64,000 nt of DNA from Blastocystis sp. Blastoise (lineage: Eukaryota > Protista > Bigyra: Opalinata): assembly GCA_039096225.1 (NCBI GenBank), contig JBBPEB010000028.1, positions 620,001 to 684,000 of the forward strand, read 5' to 3'. The notes beneath the pieces were generated by a model, which saw only the letters and a list, made by a program, of their open reading frames with translations, ran no database searches and was not told the origin of the DNA. The number at the start of each line of letters is the position of its first letter. Position 1 is the first letter of the stretch. The position numbers and the translations under genes were made by a program. Positions 15,139-28,963 of this stretch are shown here, one piece after another.

Positions 15139-15821
15139 AATGTCTCTTTGTATGAAAGAATGAATAAAAATAAAATAATTGTATAAGGAATGTCAACTTG
15201 TTCATGGTACTCCAAGAATAAATTCTCTTTTTGACGCAGATTAACAAAATAATCAGGGAAACTTGACTTCTTATTTATTGGATAATTTTTCTTAATTACC
15301 TATGATATCGCCTATAAATAATGACGATATAAATGACAAAAAGAGAAACTTCAAGTTACTCGTCTATGTAATACAATTCTCCAATAATTTTCTTTTTTTA
15401 TACAATTTTGTTGAATGACACACACTATCGTTTTTTATTTTTTTTTGACTATTTTTTCTTTGATGCATTTTTTGATATGACAAACAAGTAAGATGTGATC
15501 GTGAATTAGTGTCTCTTATTTAGATTTATCTTATGAACTGAAATGAACCAAATTAACGGCTTGTCATCGTAGAGAATTTGAAATGTGGCTCATAAACGTT
15601 CTCCTCTATGATAAAGATCTTGCTGAATATTATAATGGAATGCTGCTGTAAATGAAATATATAAAGTCTTTAAACAGTGGATTGAGAACAATTACTTATA
15701 AAACAAAGAAGAAAATGGGTAAATAATAGGCTCACACTATTCATAATTTAAGGAATAAATTTAAAAAAAAGCGATGAACAACAAGATAAGCGATTTTAGT
15801 TTGATAATAATTCTTTTAAAG

Positions 15822-18463
15822 TTAATTCTCATAGAAGTAAAGTGAGAAGCTGTCTTGAAGAATATAAAGTTTGCCTGATAATTGTTTTTGAATGGATTTC
15901 AATGTCTCCTGACTAATTACTATGAAATTATGATAGAATTTGATATTTATTTGATTTATATACAATGAATATATATAGAAAGATGATAACTGAAATCAGT
16001 GTCTAGAATTGAATTGATAAATGACATAATATTTTGTTCTGACCATTTATGAACTAAAATAATTATTACTTAAAAAAAAATATATATATACATGATATAA
16101 CAATGGAATGGAGTGTTTTCTTCGAGTTTTTAAAGAGACTCAAAAGATCAGGAAGTATGTCTTCTTGAAGGCATAAGTCTTTATATATATATATATATAA
16201 ATAATCCATATATATATGCTATTTATGATATATACAAGAGATATCAAAAGTTGAAACATTGTGTAATTCTATCGAATGGGTTAAGTGATGAATACATGAA
16301 TTCAATAAACGATTCTCTATATTTAGGTATATATATGTAATATAATAAAATATAATAAAATATAATAAAATAAATAAAATATAATAAAATAAAATAAAAT
16401 AAAATAAAATAAAATATAATAAAATCTAATATAATAAAATAAAATAAAATAAAATAAAATAAAATAAAATAAAATAAAATAAAATAAAATAAAATAAAAT
16501 AGAATAAAACAAAATAAAACAAAATAAAATAAAATAAAAAAAATAAAATAATATACTAGATAAATCAAAACAGAGTAGATTTTGAGCATGATTATTAAAT
16601 AATTGTAATAATGGTATAATTCCTTTTAAAGATAGTTGACAGTCTATATTTATATATATTATTATTATATATATATTTATACTTGATATATTTAACGATT
16701 GAGTATAAAAAGGAGAAGAATGAGTATATAATCCTATGAGCGCAGAAAGTCCAGAATCCCCAAGATTATTATCTATATATACCCAAAAGTATCATATCTA
16801 TTAGATTCTGTTTAATAATATATTTCATATACCATATATAAATCAATAATATATATCTATACTTGATATATCAATGGAAGTAGACTGAATGATCATTTTG
16901 TGTCTCCAAAATAATGAAACCTTTTGAATACCATCACCTGTTATATTTATATCTATATATTAATTTATTATGATTTGTTATATAAACTTATTATTCTTCT
17001 AAAACAAGATTATATATATATATATATATATAATGAATATATAATAATACTCTATTCTATACCTGAAATATTAAAATAATTCAATGAAACTAAAGGAGTA
17101 TTTTCAGCGATCTCTACATCTTTAAATATAGTGTTATATAAGTCAACATGACAAGAGTTCAAATCAAATATATTCTCTATGTATATATGTTATTATTATT
17201 ATTATATATAAATACTTGAGATGTTTAAAGATACTAAGGATTGTAGATGACCTGTATATATACATTTATATATATATAAACATCCATCTATCGTCATATT
17301 TGTATCTATATATTTATTATATACTTAATACTATAGTTGATATATATATATAATTATTATATTTATAACAATGATATACTTTGTAAGTTTAATAAAGAAA
17401 GATTTGTTAATGAACTTGAATATAAATAATGGCAAAATTCATTTCCTAAAGGAATATCTATATATATTATTATATATATAATACAATAAGAGAAAAACAT
17501 ACTTTTTAATGATAAAACTGAAATATTCTGAAATGGTCTGGAAGATAGTGTATCATATATCTTTGGAAATTGTGATGAAGATAGAATACAATCTATATAA
17601 TATATATATGAATATATATAAACTACATATAGATCTATTTATATATATAGTTATGTTTATATACCATCTAATATAAAGCTATTAAATATATTTTGTTTAC
17701 ATGTTCCAGTTAAGAATGCAAAAAGTGATTCTGAATATATACATATTGGATTGTCTATATATATAGATATAGATATATATATATATAATAGACATACTAG
17801 CAATAGAGAAATAGGTTAATTTTGGAAAAGGTGTAGTAAGTATATTCATATATTGCTTGTATATAGGAAGAGATGTAGAAGTAGAATTATTATAATTATT
17901 ATCAGCATATGAATTATAACAAATACAATTCTCTAGATTTATTAAAATATTATATTCTTTTTATTATATATATATATATAAACAATTATAGAATAATGTA
18001 CTAGAGAGATCTAAGTATTCTAAGAATAAATGCTGATTTCCGTGGTTATTCATCGCTTCTATACATTTTTCTGTTATTTTATTTCCTATATAAATAAATG
18101 AATAAATGTATATATATGTATATACCATGAAGATTTAAATATTTTAATTTTGGAATCATTAAATCATCAATACATTTATATATATATATAAATTCTTTAT
18201 CTGTAATAGTGTTATCTAATATATATATATATAATGAATAACAAATAGTTTATAGAAATCAATTAACATAGATAATTATTATTATAATATATATATATAT
18301 ATATACTTTGAAAGTCTATAATTTCAAGTTTTGGACATTCGCCGTTATATATATATGTACGAAATAATTGACAACTGGAATCAGATAAACATGAATCTAT
18401 ATATATATTATTACTATTTATTTTTGTTATAGATATATATATATAATGAGTTTTTGAAAATAG

Positions 18464-18512
<49 letters not shown>

Positions 18513-20154
18513 TATATACTGCATAGACTGATTTCTCTTAAGGAATGATATCCATGATTTGATATATACCCCAATATATAAGACATATCATTTTCATTTA
18601 TAGGCATGTCTATATATACATATATATATACATATATATATATATATAATATATATCGCTACTATGAATAATAATTCTGGTTATTTTCCCTTGGGAATAC
18701 ATATGAAGATACTCAAAGATTGACTTCATTTGACAGGTATCTTTAAGATCTATATATATAAAATTATTATAGTTTAAAAATAGCATATATAATTGAAACA
18801 AATATTGATTATAAAAATGAAGTCTACTAAGATATATAATAAAAGCATAGTTTATGTACTATATAAGTAGAGTGTGCAATGATTATTTGTTCCGTGATGA
18901 ATATATATAGAAACAAAAGAAAACTCTCTATCTTCATCTATATACATATATATCTTATCAATATAATAATTAGACTCATTTAATTATGTATACTTTCAAC
19001 TAGAGAAGCAACAAGAATAGTTTCTCCTTTATTTGTGTTTCTCAGTCTTTTAACGTTTTCTTCATAAGTATATTGATACTCTGTCACAGTATAATGATTT
19101 AAATATTGAGAATTCCCACGATTATAATCCTGTTGTTTAAATATATATTGTTTAAGCTTTTTACTGTTATATAGTAAATCTTCTATAGAATTTGAAAAGA
19201 ATTAAAAGATATATATATTATTATAAGAATATATATATGTAAGAAAAAAATTAATAATTACTCTATATGTATAAGAAAAATAATAATTACTCTATATATA
19301 AAAGAAAAAACTAATCAATATTTATATATATACCATTCCAAAGAAGACCTTTCAAATTGGGAAAAGAATATATTCCTATATAATCTTCAATTTCATACTT
19401 TTGCTCTATACTTAGTTTCAAACCTATATAAATATATATACATAATAATACTATTATATATAAGTATAACTAAAATAAATATTATTTGAATAGGTTTTAC
19501 CTGAAAAGTCAATATAATTCACTTGCTTTATACTATCAGATATATTTAATAATCGAAGAGAATCACAAATTACTTGTGAAGAATGAATATCAATTTGTGA
19601 ATCTACATATATAATCATAATACTACATATTTTATTATTCTACTATTATTAGCAAGTAACTAATATATAATACATATAATATATGAATACGAAAAATCAG
19701 TATAGGGATATCTACAACAGAACTAAGGCTTGATTTCGTAAATCCATACAGGATCGGCTTTTCTATAATATGTATATTGAAATTACTACATCAATAACTA
19801 TATACTGAATTGTCTTGATTTCTCTGTTTCGAATATCTATAATTCAACAAGACATAGATATTGAAATAATGCACAACATTACATACTCGACATCTATATT
19901 CATAAGGATGATTCATACGTATATTTCTTTTCTGAATATTAATTGGGTGTGATTGACTTAAACACTAAGTTTTTCTTTATAAAAATATGCTAAAGAGATA
20001 ATACATACTATGCTAGCGAGTGCTAATGACTTCTGAGACATAGTTGGAGCTTTATAATAAATATATCGATTGTATTGTCTAAACCTTGAATATTCATGCC
20101 AGCAATAATTATAGCATACTTCGTATCATCACAAAGACAAAGTATTTGAACCAT
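15822..20154 (-). CDS. RNI-like leucine-rich repeat protein, roughly one repeat per exon
   Basis: About 20 exons, mostly ~80-90 nt, with LxxLxLS|xN patterns (PKLKYLNLH|GNKI, FLEYLDLS|KN, QSLVSLNIS, NNNLGDSG). The splicing of the 5'-most exons is uncertain. Confidence 0.75.
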
Positions 20155-20665
20155 CAAGTATTTTATAATTTATATGTATAAAAGACTTGTGCCAAAAAGT
20201 TAAAAATATAACATTCTACAAAGTATTTCTCCTTTTTAGGGATATTGTGATCCATTTGATTTAAATCATTAAAACATTTATTTCTTGTATATGACTAGAT
20301 TTGATGATATGAATAATTCAAATTCATATGTTTTTATTTCAGAAATTTTCAATAAAAATATTTATTTTAATATTTTATAGAATTCATCTGCTTTTCAAAG
20401 AAGCAAATAATAGAAGGATGATAAAAAAACAAATGGAACATTCATACAGTTGGCAAAATATACACAATAAAAATAATCAAATCAAATTGGGTTTTTATTT
20501 TGTTAAATTTTTCGAGAACATTGATGAAAGAGCGACAGAATTGAGAATTGTTGTTATTTCCCAATGTCATTTAGAATATTCACGGTTTCATCAAATTATA
20601 GAAGAAAACCTAGACTTTTTCTTTATTCATTTTTTATTATTTATTGGATTGAATAAGGTATAAGA

Positions 20666-22718
20666 ATGTCTTTACTTGAATTATGTGGAATTGAAGAGGA
20701 TGTAACTCCTATTCAAGAGGAAGCTTTCGATTTTTCTCTTAAGGACTTTCAAACGAATCTCTGCTGCTATCGTAGACAACATATAACAGATATGTTGACT
20801 ACTTTGAAACAACTTTATGATGTATGTCTTGTTTTTTTCTTTTGTTTTTGATTTTCATTATTGTCTATAGACTAGACCAGAATCAAAGACATGGATTCAT
20901 GATCAAGAAGAAGTATATTTATTTTTATTTTTGAAGAATTCACACTTTCTTTTGTTTTTAGGTTCTTTCCTTAGCTCATTATATTTTGGAAGGTGACTGG
21001 GAGCAAGTTTTACAATCTGAAGTAGCTCAATATTTTATCTCTGCTTCTAGAGAAGGTGAAGGTGTTTTTACTGTGAACTCCGGGATTTCAGGATTTACTT
21101 CTTTTATTGAAAAGAGAGTAGATCAATATATAAATAGTTGTGATACACAAAATCAAGAAATCTGCAAGTATATATATATATATTTATCTTTTTATTAGCT
21201 ATATATATATATATTTATATATATATATTTATCTTTTTATTAGTTATATATATATATATATATATATATCTAGATATTATGAAATGCTATTATTAGCTAT
21301 ATGCTTTTTAAATATGTATATACAAGAGAATTATACAGGACCTCAAATAGAAGAAGTAATGAATATTAATCAATATTATCCTTTCCCTGTATTCAATATT
21401 AAACAAGTATTTAGGATTCTATTTATATATTTATTTGTTTTTTAAATTATTATATTATTTATTATTTATTGCTATTTTTTGATTATATATATATATTATA
21501 TATTATATATATATATTATATATTTTATATATAGGATAATACAAAATCGTATCGTAAGATTTGTATTTCTTTCTTGGAATTAGATGGAGAAGTATATATA
21601 TATATATATATATTGCTTTTTTATTATTATGTTTTTATTATATATATATATATATATTTATTATTGATTACAAATATTGATTATATATATATATAGGTAG
21701 CATATCCTTTAGCGAAACTTCCTCTTCTTCTTGTATTATCTCGTTGTTTATTCAATATTCTCTCTAAAAAACAAGAAATAACCGCGATTATCCCAACCCT
21801 TAACTGGTGGTGTGCACGTGCTGCTGGTATATATTGTTTTATTTATATAATTAAGATTATATTGTTATGATAATGATAATAATAGTTGTGATGATACTTA
21901 TTATATATATATATATATAGTTGTTCACAATCGTACACTTGTCGATAAGCCAGTATATGATCTCTATTTAATAAAGGAAGAAGCATTCAAACAAGCTATA
22001 TTATATTGTGAATCCCTTAATGATGTATATATGTGTGTTCGTATATATATCGAAAGAGCTTTGGCATATTTATACAGTCAAGAAACTGAAAAAGCATATA
22101 AATATATTGAAAAAGCAATGAAGGGTATATATATAGTTTATTATGCTTATTATTATTATATTTTATTTTTATTATATTTTTATTATATTTTATTATATTA
22201 TGTTTTATTATATTTTATTCTTATTCTTATATTTATCATATCTCTCTATATAATAATAATAATATATATATATATATAGTAAGTGAGATGACGTGTACTT
22301 TAACGGGTGTGAGTGGAAAGAAGACCAAATTCCAGCAATATGATGTTAGTCAATTATTTATATATGCAAAGAGTAAATTAACAAATGAAGAAGAATCAAC
22401 AAATAAGAAGAAGAAAGAAGAAGAAAAGAACAAAAAAGAAGAAGAAAAGAAAGAAGGAAATGTTATGGATGAAACACAACAAGTGAATATTGATCATAGT
22501 AAACCTCATCAAATCTTATTGGATGATATAGATCAAGAAAACGTTCTATTGGAGGATATGAAGATAAGTGATGACACACAAGAGGAATATAAACAACAAG
22601 AAGAATTATGTATTCTAGATCAAATCTTGTTAATTAGTAAATGTATTGATATTAAGAATAATAATCCTAAATTTGGTCTTATTACTGAACAAATGGCACC
22701 TTATATTTCTAGAGTTCT

Positions 22719-22753
<35 letters not shown>

Positions 22754-23191
22754 CTTTATTATTATTATTATTAATATATATATATATGACTTTATAATAT
22801 CTATATAGATGCATGCCTCCAATTGGTCTGTCTATAGTACTGGATTATTATATAAGACTTATATAGAATATGAGAATATGAGAACTAAAGAACGTTCTTT
22901 ATTACAGTTACAAGTCTTAGTAGATCAACTGACCAATGAAACCACACCTCTTATTCATGATAAAAAGGAAATAGAAGAGAGTGCACCCATTTGGGAAAGA
23001 CTTATGTATATATATATATATATGTTTATCATACTTATTCGTATTATATATATATATATACTTATATTAATCCTTATTATCTATATATATATAGTATATA
23101 TATACTCTTGGTTATCCTCCTTCTTGGGAAATGGAACGACAATTGGGAAAGAGATATATGTCTATGGGTATATGCAGATCTGCACTACAAG

Positions 23192-23225
<34 letters not shown>

Positions 23226-24823
23226 ATAACTTATTATATTTATAAATTATATATACTAGATAGCTTATTATATATATATATAGATCTTTGAAAAATTAGA
23301 ATTATATGAAGATCAAATTGATTGTTTACATTTAATGAACGAAATACCTCAAGCAATCAATCTTATAACAACATTAATAGAGGAACAGCCTACTCCCTTC
23401 TTATGGTGTAGATTAGCTGAATTAAAAGATAATGTCGAATACTTCGAAAAATCATGGGAATTATCCAATCATCATTATGCACGTGCTCAAAGGGGACTTG
23501 GAAGACACTATTTCGCAATTGGTGATTTTGAAAATTCTATTCGTCATTATAATTTAGCTTTATCTATTAACCAATTATATCCTGATATTTGGTTCATTGT
23601 TGGTACGGCTTACATGCATACGGGGGATATGAATCAAGCAGTCACGTGTTTCTCACGTGTCTGCCAACTTCAACCTGATAATGGTATATAATATTATCGT
23701 TATAAGATTCATAATTCTAGTTATTTTATTTTTATGTTCTTATTATAGTTACTCATATAATTACAATAATATATATCTATATATATTTATAGGTCAAAGT
23801 TGGTCTAATTTAGGAGGTACTTTATATAAAGAACACAGATATGACGAAGCCTATCAATGTATGACGCAGGCTGTGCAGATGCTTCATGAACGATGGGTTG
23901 TGTGGGATAATATGATTACTATAGCTGTATATATATATTATTATTATTATATAGTTATTCATATTATGATACTAATAATTATAACTATATTTGTAATAAT
24001 AGAATACTATTAATATTATTCATATATAGATGGCTGCTAAACAATATAATATGGTTCTTCAAGCATTAAATAAATATATTGATTTACAAAATAAGAAAGA
24101 TATTAAAATGGATTTTTCATTATTATCTCAATTAATAACCGCTATTCTTATCAAATCGGGTCTTCTTATAGAAAGTGAGTCTACTATTACTAATAATAAT
24201 AATAATAATAATAATAATGAAGATAAAGAAGGAGAACATATATCTGAAAGTGTCTTAAATAATTTAAGAACTGTTATTGAAGATACTTTAGAAAATAATA
24301 AAGAAGATATAACAGAAGAAGATATAGAAAATGAGAAGAAGAGACAAGAAGAAGAATATGAAGCTAATAATTTTACTCTTCATAAATTATCAGAATTCTT
24401 AGCTAGAATGCAAACTGTTGTATATATTATAATAATAAATATAATAATAATAAATATAATAAATATAATAATAATAAATATAATAAATATAATTATTATA
24501 TATAGTTCCCTAAAGAGCCTAAAGTATATGATTTATGTATTCAATATTATAATGGTACAAAACAAGATCAAAAGATAAATGATTGCTTATTAAAGAAAAC
24601 TCGTGCTTATATGATTGGTGCTTGGAATAATGACGAAGTATCTGTCAAGAATGTCTTATCTTCATGTTATAATTTATTATGTAATACACTTGAACAAAAT
24701 AATAAAACTAGTGAATATGAAGTTAAAATGCTTTGTAGAACATGCTTAAAACGAGTTGAACAAGTATATGGCGAATTAAATGAATATAAAGTATTAAAAG
24801 AAAAACTTGATTCAATTGTTTAA
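20666..24823 (+). CDS. TTC27: Tetratricopeptide repeat protein 27 (Emw1-like)
   Basis: Motifs YIQENYTGP, LTGVSGKKTKFQQYDVSQL, NWSVYSTGLL...KERSLLQLQVLVDQ and FEKSWELSNHHYARAQRGLG, plus TPR repeats. Confidence 0.9.
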
Positions 24824-25332
24824 TCTATATGTTATTTATTGTTTTTATCTATCTATCTATTTATTTATTATAATGTATTTATTGAAAATAATAACTATTC
24901 TTTCATTTTTCATTATTTTTTTGTTTTTATTCATTTATCATTTTTAAAACGATAATTTATGTATTTTCTACATATCCCAAAACATTATCTAATGAAAGCA
25001 ATGTACTATATTCAATAGAAGAACAAAAAATGATTTAAAAAAATATTTATTTTGAAAATGTTATAAAAATTATTTCCTTTTCAATTAGTAAACTACTTCT
25101 GACGTGCATATGTAAAACAAAATTCACAAACTACGTTGTTATCGCTTCAATATAACTTGAAATATACATTTAAACTTTTGATATATTCGTGTTCATTTTT
25201 GAGTATCTTTTTCATAAAAAACACGGGAATACTGTTTTCTGGGTAGTTCTATTTTTACTTCCGTTTCTCCATTGAGCCGTAAGAAATTTTCTCTCAATTG
25301 ATTTGACAAAAAAGAAAAAATAGAATAGAATG

Positions 25333-25357
25333 ATTGGCTAATTAAAAATTAGCCAAT
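25333..25357. promoter_or_regulatory. Palindromic paired CCAAT/Y-box element ATTGGCTAATT-AAA-AATTAGCCAAT
   Basis: Perfect 11-bp inverted repeat containing two CCAAT boxes, ~400 bp upstream of the cold-shock gene ATG. Confidence 0.55.
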
Positions 25358-25750
25358 AGAGAGAAAGTATATGGTGAACAGCAAAATAGATAGGGATATG
25401 TCCCTAGTAAATAATACTCTCTATAAGGAGAATGGATCGGTTTCAAATGTATAATTTAATTCGAAATAATACCTGGGTATTTGAGTATTTTGATGTTTTT
25501 ATACAAAAATATAGGCAATTAAAGTCGACACTTGCATTCAATTCTAGAACAAAAAATTTGATTTCTTGAGAACTATTACTCTAGTCTCTAGTTATCCAAA
25601 TAATATTTATTATTATTTAAAGATATCTTCTTAAATTTTTAGTTTATAAGTATAAAAGTATGTTTCTATAATTATATATTCTATGATGACCTAATATTTG
25701 ATTTTATTTATATATAAAAAATATAATTATTTATAAGTATAAAATTCAAA

Positions 25751-26486
25751 ATGGAAGGTGAAGCTCCTAAACGTTGTTCTGGAATTACTGAAGGTCACGA
25801 ACGTGTTACTGGTCAAGTCAAATGGTACGATACTACCAAGGTATTTATTTTTAGCACATTTCTAGTTTTTTTTATATTTTTTTTTTTGTTTTTTTTTTTT
25901 GATTTGTACTAATTCGTTTTTTTTTCCAATTTATGAATAGTTTTTATGTGATTCAATGTATATAGGGATTTGGTTTCATTGGTCGTGAAAATGAAAAGGA
26001 TACTTTTGTTCACATTTCTGCTATTTGGTCTGAAGATACTTTCCCCAGACGTCCCGTTCTTCTTCCTAATGAAACTGTTGAATTCTATGTTGCTGATACT
26101 CCTAAGGGTAACGAAGCTAGAGAAGTTTCTCTTGTTGGAGGTGTAATTGTTCCTAAGGTATATATTTGTTATTTTATTATTTGATTTTTAAACTATTATA
26201 TTTCATAATTATATTCTATTATTAAGAAATAACGATATTTATGGCATTATAATATATATTTTTGTATATATAGCGTAGTATTCATCGTTTCTTCAGAAGA
26301 AATAATCAAGAAGAAAATCCTACTGAAAATAATGGTGAAGCTCCTGCTGAAGGTGAAAAGCCTAGACGTAGATTCTATAGAAGAAACAATAACTACAGAC
26401 GTAATTATCGTAAGAATAACAATGAAACAGCTCCTGCTGCTGAAGTTCCTGCTGAAACTGTTGCTGAACCTGAAACTAAAAACTAA
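25751..26486 (+). CDS. Cold-shock domain (Y-box-like) nucleic-acid-binding protein
   Basis: Three exons. RVTGQVKWYDTTK|GFGFI (RNP1) and DTFVHISAI (RNP2), followed by alternating Arg-rich and acidic C-terminal blocks. Confidence 0.92.
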
Positions 26487-27033
26487 ATTGAATGAATAGC
26501 TAAACAAATATATTTATGTTCTATATTATATAGATTTTTGTATTATATGACTTTGCTATATTATGTAGTTTGTTTTTATTTTTCACTTTTTCAATTCTTG
26601 CATACTTTTCTATTCATCGTTTAGTTTGTTACATTTAATAATTGACGATAATATTCATATGCAATAGGAATTCTATATAATTATGATAAACAAAAATACT
26701 TTTTTTTTACTATAATAAATAATAGTCAATAGATTTTAAGATAAAATGAATAATAATAAATAAAAATATATATATATAATTTTTGAATTGATAAATATAT
26801 ATATATATGAAGAATTTGCATCATATAAATAATAGAACATAAGATAGAAAAAATACTAACAATTAATGAAATATATATATATATATAGAAAGAATATAAT
26901 AATTAGAAAAATCATTTTTTTGACTTATGCAACTATCTATTATAAAAAATATATACATCAATAAAATAAAAATCAATAATGGCAAAAAAAAGAAGAAAAT
27001 TGAAAAAAAATAATATATATATATATATATATA

Positions 27034-27815
27034 TTATGAAGACAAGAATTGATCAAGATTATTTCGACCTATTTTATCTTTATTAAAAACAATAGTATTT
27101 CGTTTTGCTTTTAGTTCATCTATTGTATTTTGTATTAATAATTTCCCATGGTTATATTCATCATTTAAGTGGTTTAATGTAATCACCTATATAAAAAGAA
27201 AGAATATTAAATATATATAAATATAAATAATTGACTCAAATACTTTTTCAGACACTTTAATTTGTTCTGATAATGACTGAATACATAATAAACAATAACC
27301 ATATTCTTTATATAAAGCATCAATATAGATATATAGATCATCTATTGAAGGAATATTAGTAGCATTAGTAGTATTAGTATTATTATTATTAGTAGTAGTA
27401 TTATTATTAGGCGGAGAGAGAGGTGTAACTGATCTTATTTTTGATATTTGTTCTCTAAGGGACTTCATTTGAATATTATAATTATTTATTAATTCTTTGT
27501 TAATTGTATCATTTGCTTGTACTATATATATTTATTTATAATAACAAATAAAAGTTATATATATATATACATGTTTGAAGTTGATCTATGGTGTTATCAT
27601 ATTTCTGTTTAAGATCGTTATAAGCCGTTTGAATATCTTCTGTTGACTGTTGAGAACCGTTAGAAATACTTGATGACGTTATACTATTTAATAATTCCTA
27701 TATATATATATTATTAATTTTAGTATAGAATAAAGATTATATATATATATATACATTATGTAATTCTTTATTTTCATTTAATAATTGATCTATAGAAATG
27801 ATAATTATTATATTT

Positions 27816-27854
<39 letters not shown>

Positions 27855-27897
27855 ATAATCAGATTTAGAAACCATTTGAGATAATTCTATAATAAAC

Positions 27898-27934
<37 letters not shown>

Positions 27935-28872
27935 TATATATATAATATACGTTTATCTTTTTCTTTCGATAGAATTCGATTTGCTTCTCGAAGTTCTTCT
28001 ATTTCTGATTTATATTTATCAACTAGTGAATTATTATCTTCTTCTTTATCTTTATTATCTGGTATAGATGGCATTGATTTACATTTCTCTGTTAATGTTT
28101 CAATTTCTTTCTGGTAATTCTGTATTTCATGTTGATTCTGTTCCAGAATACTATTCTTTTCTCCTATTTCCCTTTGTAAATTACTGAGAATACTATCTTT
28201 TTCATCTAATTTATTCTGAATTACTTTTAATTCATTTTGAGTAGATTTCATATCAGTCTGAATAGTACTTAAATCATTTTCTAATTGCTGTATTTTATTT
28301 TCTTTTTCTTTTATATCGATTTCTTTCTGTTTGATCTCTTTTGATTTTTGTTCTACTTGTGTTTTATACTCTTCAATTCGACTCTGTAATGATTGTATTA
28401 ATGAAGAAGAAGACATTGATGAAGATGATTGGACGGTTTCTAATTGTGTTCTCAAAGAATCTAATTCAATTATTAATTGTTCATCTTTCTTTTGAATATC
28501 ATATATACTTTGTATATAATTATCATTTTGTTTCTTCAATTCCCCATTCTCTTTCTTTGTTACTTCTAATTCTTCCAATATTGATAAATTATTATCCTAT
28601 TTATATATATATATATAATTAATAGAAATTATATAAAAAAGAAATTATTTATAAATGAAGAAATAGAATCATAAAATATATATATATATATATACAATAT
28701 GTTTATCTGCTTGAGGAATAATATCTTTAAGTGCTTTTAATTGTTGTTTTAATTCACTTATTTCTTGATCCTGCATTCGAATTAAATCTTTATACTGTTG
28801 AACTACCTATATATATATATATATATAATAGTTATAATTATTAAAAAATATTTAAAATATAATAAATAAATA

Positions 28873-28963
<91 letters not shown>

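Noticed and set aside
16244-16589. FYFIL-repeat and IYIY-type ORFs (also elsewhere)
   Set aside because: They are translations of intronic TTTTA/TA microsatellites.
19887-19893. 7-nt microexon in the LRR gene
   Set aside because: It is flanked by AG/GT, but I could not make the phases consistent with both neighbours. A single longer intron fits.
20328-20663. 111-aa ORF upstream of TTC27, and ORFs 301-498, 54915-55115 and 62325-62531
   Set aside because: No motifs or exon support; they lie in promoter or intergenic regions.
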